A stretch of DNA of 64,000 bases from an uncultured Nitrospinota bacterium (lineage in GTDB: Bacteria; Tectomicrobia; Entotheonellia; J063; CAVPRW01). The stretch is from contig CAVPRW010000018.1 in assembly GCA_963707985.1 (NCBI GenBank), positions 64,001 through 128,000 on the forward strand, read 5' to 3'. The notes below the pieces were generated by a model. It searched no databases and was not told where the DNA came from. It saw only the letters and a list, made by a program, of their open reading frames with translations. Position numbers and translations under genes: made by a program. Of the stretch, positions 21,756 through 32,226 are shown piece by piece (positions within the stretch are counted from its first letter, which is position 1; the number at the start of each line of letters is the position of its first letter).

Positions 21756-22670
21756 ATGGCACTCGGATATAATAAACCGTTATATATCCTGCCTTTTGAC
21801 CATCGTGGATCGTTCCAGACCGGGATGTTCGGCTGGAAGGGTATCTTGAGCCCCGAGCAGACGGCGCAGATCGCCGCCGCCAAGCAGGTGATCTACGACG
21901 GCTTCAAGGCCGCTGTGGCGGCCGGAGTTGCGAAAGAGCGAGCCGGCATATTGGTGGACGAGCAGTTCGGGGCCGCCATTTTGCAGGATGCCTCCAAACA
22001 CGGCTATGTGACTGCTGCCCCTGCGGAAAAAAGTGGGCAGGACGAGTTCGACTTCGAATATGGTGATGACTTTGCTCAGCACATCGAGACCTGCAACGTG
22101 ACCTTCTGCAAGGTCCTGGTGCGCTACAATACAGAGGCTGACAAGGACATGAACGCGCGCCAGACCCGGCGGTTGCGGCAACTGTCCGAGTATCTGCACC
22201 ACGCCAATCGCAAGTATATGTTTGAGTTGCTCGTACCGGCGACGCCAGAGCAACTGCAAGAGGTCGGTGGAGACCGCAAGAGCTATGATCTCGAGCGGCG
22301 TCCCGCCTTGATGGTGCGCGCTATCCGGGAGCTTCAAGAGGCGGGGGTTGAGCCAGACATCTGGAAGATCGAGGGACTGGATCGCCGTCAGGATTGTGTG
22401 CATGTGGCCGAGACCGCCCGTCGAGATGGGCGCGGCGACGTGGGCTGCATTGTCCTCGGACGGGGTGAGGACGAGGCACAGGTCCATACCTGGCTCACCA
22501 CAGCCGCTGGCGTGCCGGGATTTATCGGCTTTGCGGTCGGACGGACGACTTTTTGGGATCCACTGATTGCCTGGCGCGAGCAGAAGAGCTCTCGGGAAGC
22601 AGCGGTTGCCGAAATCGCCCGACGGTATCGGCAATGGGTCGATGTCTTCGCCAAGGCGCACGCATCCTGA
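21756..22670 (+). CDS. DUF2090 / IolC C-terminal-like class I aldolase-fold protein
   Basis: ILPFDHR, ILVDEQFG, KVLVRYN, PDIWKIEG, IVLGRG, GFAVGRT. Confidence 0.8.
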   Translation: MALGYNKPLYILPFDHRGSFQTGMFGWKGILSPEQTAQIAAAKQVIYDGFKAAVAAGVAKERAGILVDEQFGAAILQDASKHGYVTAAPAEKSGQDEFDFEYGDDFAQHIETCNVTFCKVLVRYNTEADKDMNARQTRRLRQLSEYLHHANRKYMFELLVPATPEQLQEVGGDRKSYDLERRPALMVRAIRELQEAGVEPDIWKIEGLDRRQDCVHVAETARRDGRGDVGCIVLGRGEDEAQVHTWLTTAAGVPGFIGFAVGRTTFWDPLIAWREQKSSREAAVAEIARRYRQWVDVFAKAHAS

Positions 22671-22687
22671 CGGAGGTACACATCCCT

Positions 22688-23476
22688 ATGGCCATTCCCA
22701 ACATCCTCGCGCTCGACTTCGACGGGGTCCTCTGCGACGGGATGCGTGAGTACTTTGAAACCACCCGCCGGACCTATATGAAGGTCTGGCCCACCGACGC
22801 CACGCCCGGTGACGATCTCTTCCCAGCGTTTCGTGCACTCCGGCCGGTGATCATGACCGGTTGGGAGATGCCGATCATGCTGCGGGCCATTGTCAAGGGA
22901 CGCCCCATCCCCGCTGTTCTCCATGGTTGGGAGAAGGTCCGTGATGCACTGGTGAACGAAGGACCACTACAGGGCACCGCGCTGGTGAGCCTGCTGGCCC
23001 ACACGCTCGACGCGGTCAGGAGCGAGTGGATCGCCGCCGACCCCCGCGACTGGCTGGAACGCAATGTACCGTATTGCTCGTTAGAAGAGGTGCGCCGCCT
23101 GGTCGCAGAACCCGAGCGCACCGTGCTCGTCACCACGAAGGAAGGGGAATTCGCCCGCCAGATCCTCGACCACTGGAGCGTGCACCTGGCGGATATTCAG
23201 GGAAAGGAAGCCGGCACCCACAAATGTGACAACCTCCGCGGCCTCATCGCTCATGATACAGAGGTCTATGGGCGGCGACCGCTTCTGTGGTTCGTCGAAG
23301 ACCGGCTTGAGACGCTCCAACACGTCACCACCCACGCCGATCTGGCAGATGTCGGGCTCTTCCTGGCTGACTGGGGCTATAACACCGCGGAGACCAGGGC
23401 TGCGGTGCAGGAAGGCGGACGTATCCGCCTACTCACTCTCGATCGGTTCAGGCAAGGTCTCACGGTGTGGCTCTAA
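22688..23476 (+). CDS. HAD-superfamily hydrolase
   Basis: ALDFDGVLCD, VTTK, FVEDRLETL, LADWGYN. Confidence 0.88.
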   Translation: MAIPNILALDFDGVLCDGMREYFETTRRTYMKVWPTDATPGDDLFPAFRALRPVIMTGWEMPIMLRAIVKGRPIPAVLHGWEKVRDALVNEGPLQGTALVSLLAHTLDAVRSEWIAADPRDWLERNVPYCSLEEVRRLVAEPERTVLVTTKEGEFARQILDHWSVHLADIQGKEAGTHKCDNLRGLIAHDTEVYGRRPLLWFVEDRLETLQHVTTHADLADVGLFLADWGYNTAETRAAVQEGGRIRLLTLDRFRQGLTVWL

Positions 23477-23594
23477 GGACTGATTCCCGCAAATCATGGC
23501 TCTGGCATTACTGAAGTTGCCGCTGTCGTGATTGGCGTTGCTCGGCGTCGGCGTGCTGTTGGCGGTTAGCGGCTTACTCATGAAGCCTAAACGG

Positions 23595-24485
23595 TCATCC
23601 ATTATGCTGCGACCGCATCGCCCGCAGGCCTTCCTCCACCGTCAGGGGTGTCATCTGCAACAGGCCACTAAGCCTCGCACTATTCATCGAACAATCCCGT
23701 GGTCGCGCGGCTCGCCCCACGGTAGAGCCCATCTCGATGGGTTTGAGCAACGCATGGGGCAGATCAAACATCTCGCAAAGCGTCAGGCCAAAAGCATACC
23801 GATTGATGCGTTCCCCACCACCGAGATTGAACGTCCCATGGACCTCCGGTGTGTCGATCAGCCGCCTAATAGCATCTGATGCCTGAACGACGTAGAGGGG
23901 GGTTCGGTACTGATCAGTAAACAAGGGCACCTCTTGTCCCTGGCGCAATCGTTGTACTAGCCAGTCCACAAAGTTCAACCGGGTAGAGCTGCCCCAACCA
24001 TACATCAGCGCTAAGCGCAAGATCACTGTCTGTGGACAGATGGCTGTTGCCCTGCGCTCCCCCTCCAGCTTCGACCGCCCATACACCATTAATGGCTGCG
24101 GAACATCCGCATCGTCGTAATACCCTTTGACCCCGTCGTACACCTGGTCGGTCGAGATGGAGATTAACCTGGCACCGACCGCCACCGCCGCCCGTGCGAC
24201 GGCTTCCGTCCCCTGAACATTGACGCCATGCGCGGCATCGGGGTGCCGTTCACAGGCATCGACATCACTCAGTGCGGCGGTGTGGACGACCACGTCAGGA
24301 TGAAATGTCGTAAACGCCTCATGCACCGTTTCCACGTCGGTCAGATCGAGTCGGATCAGCTCACACGTGTCACGCACTTGATTCTGGCTGTGGTATGTCC
24401 CCAGCACGGTATAACGATCCTTGAGGGCCTCTGTGACATATCGCCCCAAAAAGCCGCTGCCACCAGTCACCAGGATGCGTTTCAT
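23595..24485 (-). CDS. RmlD-like NAD(P)-dependent reductase (extended SDR)
   Basis: VTGGSGFLG, HTAA...VDACE, ISTDQVYDG, YGRSK, DQYRTP, RPRD. Confidence 0.88.
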   Translation of the reverse strand: MKRILVTGGSGFLGRYVTEALKDRYTVLGTYHSQNQVRDTCELIRLDLTDVETVHEAFTTFHPDVVVHTAALSDVDACERHPDAAHGVNVQGTEAVARAAVAVGARLISISTDQVYDGVKGYYDDADVPQPLMVYGRSKLEGERRATAICPQTVILRLALMYGWGSSTRLNFVDWLVQRLRQGQEVPLFTDQYRTPLYVVQASDAIRRLIDTPEVHGTFNLGGGERINRYAFGLTLCEMFDLPHALLKPIEMGSTVGRAARPRDCSMNSARLSGLLQMTPLTVEEGLRAMRSQHNG

Positions 24486-24513
24486 GTGAGCCCTCACCAC
24501 TCCACTTTCCAGC

Positions 24514-25389
24514 TTACTGTCCGGCTTGACTCAGATACCAATCCAGGATCTCCTCACCTGTCCAGAATAGCACACCAGAGTGTTCGGTGAGGTAGTGACA
24601 GACCTGGTCGAAATACTTGATGCGGTGCGGCACCCCGGTGATGTAGGGATGTACCGCAATGGCCATGCAGCGTGGGCGTGTCTCACCCTCAGCATATAAG
24701 GTATCGAACTGATCCCTTGTGCGTCGGAACAGCTCTTCGGCTGGATGATGTTGCAGCAGAAAGATAGGAATATCGTTCAGTTCCACCGTGTAGGGCAGCG
24801 TTACCAAGCGACCGCTCTTCACCCGCATCTCATACGGGAGATCATCGTTGACCCAATCGCAGACATATTCGATCCCCGCCTCTGCCAAGAGGTCGGGGGT
24901 CTCCCAGGTTTCCGTGAGCCCCGGACCCATCCAACCTCGCGGCGGTCGCCCACTCCTCTCGCGTATCGCTGCCATGGTCTGCCGAATCATGCCTGCCTGG
25001 TCCTGCTCCAATGTCATCGGACGCTGGATGTAGCTGTGACCCATAAGTTCCCAACCAGAGTTCAGCATCGCATCGACAAGACGCGGATAGGATGTGCAGA
25101 CCGAGCCGTTGAGCGACACCGTCGCTTTGATGCCGTACCGGTCCAGGAGCTCCTTAAGACGCCAGACGCCGACTCGCAAGCCATAGTCGTACCAGCTATA
25201 GTTCGGGACGTCAGGGGGTGGATTGGTGCCTCCGCCGGGTGGTGGTAAGATGGTGCGCGCCATGGGATGATGGATGTCCCATTCCTCGATATTGACGATG
25301 ACCCACACGGCGACGCGAGCGTTGTCGGGTAGCTTCAGCACCTTGCGGTCTACAATGGGCATGTAATCAAAGCGCTCCGTCCAGGCCAT
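24514..25389 (-). CDS. polysaccharide deacetylase family (PuuE-like)
   Basis: NIEEW, YGLRVGVWR, ELMGHS, RGWMGPG, DW.NDDLPY, ELND, AVHPYITG.PHR. Confidence 0.88.
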   Translation of the reverse strand: MAWTERFDYMPIVDRKVLKLPDNARVAVWVIVNIEEWDIHHPMARTILPPPGGGTNPPPDVPNYSWYDYGLRVGVWRLKELLDRYGIKATVSLNGSVCTSYPRLVDAMLNSGWELMGHSYIQRPMTLEQDQAGMIRQTMAAIRERSGRPPRGWMGPGLTETWETPDLLAEAGIEYVCDWVNDDLPYEMRVKSGRLVTLPYTVELNDIPIFLLQHHPAEELFRRTRDQFDTLYAEGETRPRCMAIAVHPYITGVPHRIKYFDQVCHYLTEHSGVLFWTGEEILDWYLSQAGQ

Positions 25390-25593
25390 GGTCGCCTCCA
25401 GGTCGACGAGAAACGGATCGGTCTCTGGGATGATGCATTGTGCGCGCGATGGTGATGCCCCCATCATAGCGCGATCCCTCGGCAGGTCAATGCTTTTTCG
25501 CCTCCTGCCAATTGACTTCGGTCGCTGGGCACGAACGCGGCAGCCAGCAGCGCCTCGACCGACCGAGTGGTATCCGCATGCGCACGAGCATCG

Positions 25594-25757
25594 GATAGTA
25601 TTTCAACCGTGCAGATCGATAGTGCCTGAGGTCGCACTGTGCCTGAAGTTGCCACCGCCTCAAAGCAGGGAGTGGTTCATGACCTTCATCGCGGTCCAAT
25701 GTCCCCACTGGCACCGTGAGCAGATCGCTAAACGCGGCAAAACACCCAGAGGCAAAG
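25594..25757 (+). mobile_element. IS1 insA 5' fragment
   Basis: MTFIAVQCPHWHREQIAKRGKTPRGK resembles the InsA Zn-ribbon start; truncated. Confidence 0.6.
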
Positions 25758-26349
25758 CTGCTCCGAACATCAAAGGTCTGCCCTCACACCGCGCAGCGGT
25801 ATGTCACTCCCGTCACAACATACGAGAACACTGCTGAAGATTTACACGTAGGGAAAATACCCGTTTGCATAGTGGCCCAAGTTGGCTTTCACTCGCCACG
25901 CAGCTCGATACGTGTAGAGGCAGGTGTCCGAAAAAGGTTCTGCCAATCGGTAATGCAATAGGCTGTTTTTACATACATGAAGCTGAACAGGTCTTCCGTC
26001 CGAGAAGGTCTACTATTCTGGATTGACCTCCCTGTGGCCGGAAATTACACGTCTCCCGAACTAACCCCTGATTCAGATGTGTAAGGTAACTCTGCCGCTG
26101 TGTGTGACCTAGTCAGTCGATGTGAGGCTCGGATTGTCAACGGCAGCCCGAGATAGATGCCGTGAAGGTGCCGCTCCCTAATATGTGCTATTCACTCCAG
26201 TAGCAACTTTTCGGTACGTAACAGTACTGAACTCGCTTGAAAAGTGTTAAGCACTCGGGTATGATGCACGTCAATTGTCGTCTCAGAAGTATGCCTAGGT
26301 ATCGTTTGCGAGTGGAGGGGTGTCTCATAAGAGAATGCCCACCACTGAC

Positions 26350-27901
26350 AGATGAGGAAGCCCATATTTTTTAGGAGGCTTTCTGTCTAATCGTTGCTGG
26401 AGTCGTTATCGGTGGCGATCAAGCACTCGCTCAAAGGTGCCGTGGTATGTTGCGCAGCGTCAGGCCAGCATCTCGTTGGGGTTGGTCACAGTCCCACCAG
26501 GCGCCTGCGCGCTTGAGGCACACGTGGCCAATGCACGTGTTGGCCGATTCAATCCCACCACTCCCGATCGGATAGCCCGCCTTGCGGGCAACGCGGTTAT
26601 CCAGCCGCTCCTGATGACACTGCAGATATCCGATCAGCTGGTCAATCTCGTCTGCAGCCTGGGCATCTGCGGGTTTCATCCGCTGCAGGCCCCAGATCAC
26701 TCCAGGCCCTTCATCCCAGCACACCCGTGCCACGGCCGCCTCACACCATTCGTATGGGCGTTCGGGATGGTCCCGATACTGCCGCCCCGCGACCTTATAG
26801 AGATGCTCACAACAACGGTAGTAATCCAGGATCTCCACCGCCGACGGACACAGGGCGCGGACCTGTGTCCAAATCTAGGGCGCTCCATCGGTAATCACAC
26901 ACAGGCGTACCTGCTCCTCAGGCATCAAGCCGGCCGATGTGACGTGCTGGAGGGCGGCGGCCAGTTCCTCGTCCATGTGCACGTGAGGCCAGCTCAGGAC
27001 GTGTTCGATCCCCTCGTCCGCGACCAGGGACAACCGGACGCCTTTGGCCTCTCGCTACGCTCCGATCCAGCGGGCGCGCGTGGTCCGGCGCTTCTTCCGT
27101 CCGTGGCGCCGGCCCTGCGCCGTCTCCGGGCGGGTGGGCACCTCGGCGCCATCAATGGCCAGGACCAGGATCGGCCGCCAGGTGTGGCCCGCCGCGACGG
27201 CGACGATCTCCTCCCGGCTCGGAGCGACATCCAAGACCGTCAACCCCTCAGCCACTTCATGGGTCACCGCGTGGCCCGTGTGCGCGCTCAGTGGTAGTCC
27301 TGCCAATTTCTGGAACAGCTCACACGCCGTCTCATACGGGATCTCCTTGGTCAACTTGACGACGGCTTTCTAGACGTCGGGTGGCTGGCGTCGATCCGCC
27401 AGCTCCAGCGTGGCATCCAGGGGTACACGCCCCAACTGACAGCGCTCACAGTAAAAGTCGGGGCGCCGGCGGCGGACGGCGTCCAGCAGCGTCTCCACCG
27501 GACGGTCCTGGGGACCACCGGCCGACCACATCTGCCCGCCCTGAGGGCACGCCGCCGTGCGCTGCACCATCACCGGTCGATGCACCTGCGCGACCAAATC
27601 CTCCGCAACGGCTTGAGTCAACTCCTGCCGCAGGACAAAGACGGCCTGGGTCAGCTGTTCCAGGGTCGGTTTGGGGTCCTTCACGCGCGCCTCCAGTGTA
27701 TCCAGCCAGTGGTCCAAGTGGTCGTGCATGCGCTGCCGAATCTCTGCACACCGCTGGGTGTCGCGGCACTCGTCGAGCGAAAGAAGCGCCGCAGTGGCCA
27801 TCGTCCGGTCCTCCTCAGGTCAACAGTGTTCGGGTGCTGTTTCCCTCTCACTCCTCACATGGAGGCCAGTCTTTGTGTCCTAAAAACCAGGGAATGTTCC
27901 C
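26350..27901 (-). mobile_element. ISKra4-family element, degenerate
   Basis: CPQGG, FYCERC, IPYE.ACE, LAIDG, ILDYY.C.EHL, YPIGSGGIESA; left boundary approximate. Confidence 0.8.
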
Positions 27902-28249
27902 GACCGACCGGGTGGTGGTCGCCTCCGTGGTCAAGGCTGTGGGCACGCGAGTGGGCTTTTTGGCACACACCGCATCGATGGGGAAGTCGAGTGGCGTGTT
28001 GCGCACGTTGCCATAGAGACCTCCCAAGACGCGGAGCGCTTGATGTTGGGTTGACGCCACCTGTTGAGCGGCGGCCAGGTGTGCCAGCAACGCTTCGATG
28101 GCCGCCCTGCCCATATCGTGGGGAGGACGCGTGTGCTGGAAGCGGATAGACCGTTGAATCCAGGTGACCGAGGATTCCTCCGTGCGAGTTGTGCGCAAGC
28201 CGGATGGTCTCGCGCCCACGGTCGAGACAGTTCTTGGGCAGTGTTCCAG
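27902..28249 (-). pseudogene. intI: integron integrase N-terminal fragment
   Basis: RTEES.V.WI.R.I.F...PHDMG.AAIEA.L.HLA....VASTQHQAL...LY...IDAV.AKKP.R.P..LT; divergent from attC array; truncated by ISKra4. Confidence 0.85.
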
Positions 28250-28469
28250 CGTTGACGCCTCACACGCGTGAAGTCTCCAGCAACCGTCCTGGCTCCTTGT
28301 GGCCACGAGTCCGGTGAGGCGGAATACACAGCCGATCTATACCTGATGGGTCATGGCACATAAGCGTCCGTGTTTCTCCCTCGGCCATTCCATCTAAACG
28401 CTTGAGGTCTCAAGGCAAGATTCGTGGTATTATGTGGAAAATTGGCGGTCTATACTGCTCGTAGGGGAG

Positions 28470-30009
28470 ATTAGATGGATTTTCCCGCGCATATCACGGG
28501 GAAGGTTAGGTGGAAAAATTCCATCTAATCAACAATACCTTCGCCAATTAGGCGGCGTTGACTGCATGGTTTACGCGCCCAAGTTCAGCCATTTGGGTAA
28601 TTGCTAGATCAATAAAACTCGGCGCTGGCATTTCCGGAAGCAATGTTAAGGTTTCTACCACATACTTCCGGCTCCGGAACCAAGCCTTCAGGTCATTCAC
28701 GCTGCACTCAGGCCAATGTGTTCGCATGGGACACATCAAGGCGTGAGATAAATTGACCATGAACATGGAGAGATTTGCGCTGTTGTAAACAGGCCTCTCG
28801 TTGACCGTCATGAAATCTTCCAAGCCCCAATATTGTTTGGCATCTCGAAAGTTGAACTCCAGTTGGAAACGGAGACGATCATTCTCAATCAATGGCGCAT
28901 AGGCAAGCGTCACGTCACTACTGAATAAGATCACATGTGCAACCGCTTGAGTTTTGAGATTCGTTTTGACAATGACCACAATATTGAACAAATCAGAAAA
29001 CTTCTTATGCCATCATTGCATGTGGTAGATCTGTGTCTGGATCTGTTCTTCAACAAACGATTCTTGTAAATACTCATGAGGGATATTTCGACCATCGAGT
29101 TTTTTACCATACTTCTTACGCTTGCCACGGCCTGAATACGTCCCAGCATCGGGAAAATACAGAGCCGCATTATAGCGCAGTTTGGAAATCAAATGTCATC
29201 CAAGTTGTCGGACCATTTGCACGGCATCGTTATCGCCAAAGGCCCCATCAAAGACCAAATAGTGCACCTTGACGTGTTCGCCGATCAACGTCAGTAACCG
29301 ACGGATGCTCTCTTGGACAAAACAGCGATAGGGGCTCAACGTCACCTCGCGTCGATGCTGGTTTTTCCGCCCGTTCGGGCGTCCCCGTTTTCCAGCGGAC
29401 GGTTTTTTGCCCACTGCGGCAGGAGCTTGGCGGTGTTCTGGACCATGTTGTTCCATCAGTACTGGGTAGGAGGTTCGACGTTTGACACTCAGCAGGGATA
29501 CACTCAGAAAACAGAGTCCTGGAACTGATTTGCCATACAGGGCGGAAAAAAACCGGTCCAATCCATGCGTCTTCTTGCCCGATTTCGTCACCACCACGTC
29601 ATCGCCTCCCAGCACGATCACGTCGTCTTGATCTAAGAGATGGTGTCGAATCAGCCCCCATTGAATCTTGCTCCAGCTCAAGCCGGTCGCGAACAAACGT
29701 TGGATCGTCCGATAGCTCCCTCCTGGGCCAGCCCACCGCGCAATCCCTCTCATCGTCACGCGGCCGCTCATCGAGAGCATGGCCTCACTCACCCGGGCGA
29801 GTTGACGCATGGTCGTGCCATCCAGGCACTGGCTTAAACACGCGAAAAGGACCATAATATCGGGCATGGGCGGTTGCTCCTTGTGCAGCGTTGGGTTGGG
29901 GAATCCATATTCTACACGAGGCTCAGTCGCCCTGCCTCATTGCTGTACACTGGTTCGCTGCCCTGCTTTATCCTCTTTTTTGGCGAAGGTATTGAATCAA
30001 GCGTTCGGC
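28470..30009 (+). other. putative attI site, split by an IS
   Basis: Removing the IS and one TSD gives CCATCTAATCAAGC-GTTCGGC between intI and the first cassette; inverted repeat ATTAGATGGATTTT..AAAATTCCATCTAAT just upstream. Confidence 0.7.
28533..29994 (-). mobile_element. IS4-like DDE element with disrupted transposase (29867-28548)
   Basis: Perfect 15-bp IRs CAATACCTTCGCCAA; 6-bp TSD AATCAA (28527-32 and 29995-30000); VFDGAFG, LRFQLEFNFRDAKQYWGLEDF. Confidence 0.9.
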
Positions 30010-30125
30010 ATCTCAAGTTGCCCGTCAGGACGGAACTGCGTATCCTAAAAGAGTAGGAGTCACGTTACAGCCATATCGGGGGTATAGAACGCCTTCGGAT
30101 GTATGGATATGGTGTATAAGGAGAC

Positions 30126-30347
30126 ATGATGCCAACGGAAACATCTATCGAACAGCGCTTAACCGCTGTTGAGCAGGCCGTCAGCGAATTACAACAGCGC
30201 CTCGCCCATCTCCCGGTGGCAACAAACTGGGTGGCACGCATTACTGGTTCGTTCAAGGATGAACCGGCCTTTGAGGAAGTGCTGGCGTTGGGCCGTGCCA
30301 TCCGCGCAGCAGACCGACCGCCTGCAGAGGCGGACGTGCAGGCGTGA
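30126..30347 (+). CDS. putative antitoxin (cassette 1)
   Basis: Small ORF overlapping the PIN gene by GTGA; W..RITGSFKDEPAFEE. Confidence 0.7.
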   Translation: MMPTETSIEQRLTAVEQAVSELQQRLAHLPVATNWVARITGSFKDEPAFEEVLALGRAIRAADRPPAEADVQA

Positions 30348-30772
30348 AATACCTTCTCGACACTGACCACATCAGCATTTTGCAACGGCAAGCGGGGGTG
30401 GAGTATGGGACGCTGCGGATGCGCGTTGCTCAACATCCGCCCACCGAACTCGCCTGCTCGATCATCAGTTTCCATGAACAAGTTCTGGGCTGTCATACCT
30501 ACATCAGTCAGGCACGTCGCGCCGAGGAGGTGGTCCGGGGATGCGGAATGCTCGCTCAGGTGCTGCGAGACTTCACCGAGGCTCTGGTCATACCGTTCGA
30601 TGCGGCCGCGGCAGTGGCCTTTGAGCGGCTGGTCGCCCAGCGAGTGCGCGTCGGGACCATGGACCTGCGGATTGCAGCCATTGCCTTATCGCACGAGATG
30701 GTCTTGGTGACACGGAATGCAAGTGACTTTCGCAGGGTACCAGGTTTACGCATAGAGGATTGGACGGTGTAA
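30344..30772 (+). CDS. vapC: PIN-domain VapC toxin (cassette 1)
   Basis: YLLDTD, SFHE, GTMDLRIAAIAL, LVTRNASDF, IEDW. Confidence 0.9.
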   Translation: MKYLLDTDHISILQRQAGVEYGTLRMRVAQHPPTELACSIISFHEQVLGCHTYISQARRAEEVVRGCGMLAQVLRDFTEALVIPFDAAAAVAFERLVAQRVRVGTMDLRIAAIALSHEMVLVTRNASDFRRVPGLRIEDWTV

Positions 30773-30789
30773 GGGAGGCGGGAGAGGCC

Positions 30790-30874
30790 GCCGAACAAGG
30801 GCGTGCAGCTGACTGCCTACAGCCTCCGTCTGCTCGCTCCCGCTTCCGGCAGCAGCTGACGCCTAGCGTTCGGC
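30790..30874 (+). other. attC site 1
   Basis: GCCGAAC...GTTCGGC ends; imperfect palindrome GGCGTGCAGCTGACTGC / GCAGCAGCTGACGCC with extrahelical bases. Confidence 0.88.
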
Positions 30875-30923
30875 TTCCATGGAAAGGCGACGGTCGGCAG
30901 GAGGCCGACTCGAGGAGACGATC

Positions 30924-31919
30924 ATGTGGTGCAGCACTGTCGGGGTCATGGTCACCCTCATTCTCACTATCCTCGCAGCGCCGCTGGTCACTGCCGCCCA
31001 GCCAGTGGGGAAAGTGCACCGGATTGGGTGACTCAGTCCTGGCTTGCCCCGCCCTGATCACGACCCCCCTGTAGACGCCTTCCGGCAGGGGCTGCGCGAG
31101 TTTGGCTATGTCGAGGGCCAGAACCTCGTCATTGCGTACCGTGGGGCGGCGGGGAGAATTGAGCGACTCTCCGACCTGGCAGCCGAGTTGGTCCAGCTCC
31201 AGGTGGCGGTGATTGTGGCAGTGGGAACCGCAGCAACCCGTGCTGCCCAGGACGCCACGCACACGATCCCGATCGTGATGACGGGTACCTCTGATCCGGT
31301 TGGGCAAGGGTTTGTCACTAGCCTGGCGCAGCCGGGCGGGAACATCACGGGCTTGAGCAACCTGATGGCGGAACTCCCCAGCAAGCGGTTGGAGATCCTC
31401 AAGGAGACGATGCCCCACAGCGCGCGCATTGCCGTGTTGGTGAATCCGGACAATCCACCCGCCAAGTCTGTGCTGAACACCCTGACCGTGGCAGCCCAGG
31501 CGCTGCGGTTGCACCTGCACGTCGTGGAGCTGCGCCATGCTGAGGAGTTGGACACGGCCTTCGCAGCGATGACCCAAGAGGGTGCGGACGCGCTCATGGT
31601 GCTGTCGGGCCCGCTGCTGATGGATGATCTGCTCGGACGGGTGGCCGACCTCGCCACCAAGAGTCGGCTGCCTGCGATGTATGACTGGAAAATGTATGTG
31701 GAGGCTGGGGGCGTGATGTCCTATGGGACGAGCCTGCCTGAGAGGCATCGGCGTGCAGCCACCTATGTGGACAAGATTTTGAAGGGTGCCAAACCAGCCG
31801 ACCTCCCCGTGGAGCAGTCCACCAAGTTCGAGCTGATCATCAACCTGAAGACGGCCCAGGCCCTGGGGATCACGATACCCCCGCACCTCCTCGTCTTGGC
31901 GGACGAAGTCATCAAATAG
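30924..31919 (+). pseudogene. ABC transporter substrate-binding protein (cassette 2) with in-frame TGA at 31029
   Basis: Signal peptide, GLREFGYVEGQN, SLAQPGGNITG, KGAKPADLPVEQ.TKFELIINLKTA. Confidence 0.88.
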
Positions 31920-32033
31920 GGGAGGTGTCTGAGAGCAGTGCAGGAGGGTGACATGTACCGCAGGGCGCATCTGCATGGCGTTGGCGTCGAGGGGTGGGCG
32001 GTATCTCACCCGCGGCTCTACGGGGCCTACCCA

Positions 32034-32121
32034 GCCAAACATCACAGTGAAGCCGACGCGCAATAGCCTTCGCTCGTCCCTCTCTGCGGCTGTTACGCGC
32101 GGCTCAGGTCCAGCGTTCCGC
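32034..32121 (+). other. attC site 2
   Basis: GCCAAAC...GTTCCGC; TGAAGCCGACGCGCAATAGCC / GGCTGTTACGCGCGGCTCA. Confidence 0.8.
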
Positions 32122-32226
32122 GCGACTGCGGCGCGCCGAATCGCGGCGCCGACTGCGTCCAGCACCTTGCCCCGCCGTGCTCGCGGGTCAGCGCCGCGAT
32201 TCGGCCTCACTTTCAGAGGCATTAGT

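Noticed and set aside
31029..31031. In-frame TGA as selenocysteine or recoding
   Set aside because: Non-catalytic position in an SBP, no SECIS evident, and TGA is used as a normal stop elsewhere in the window.
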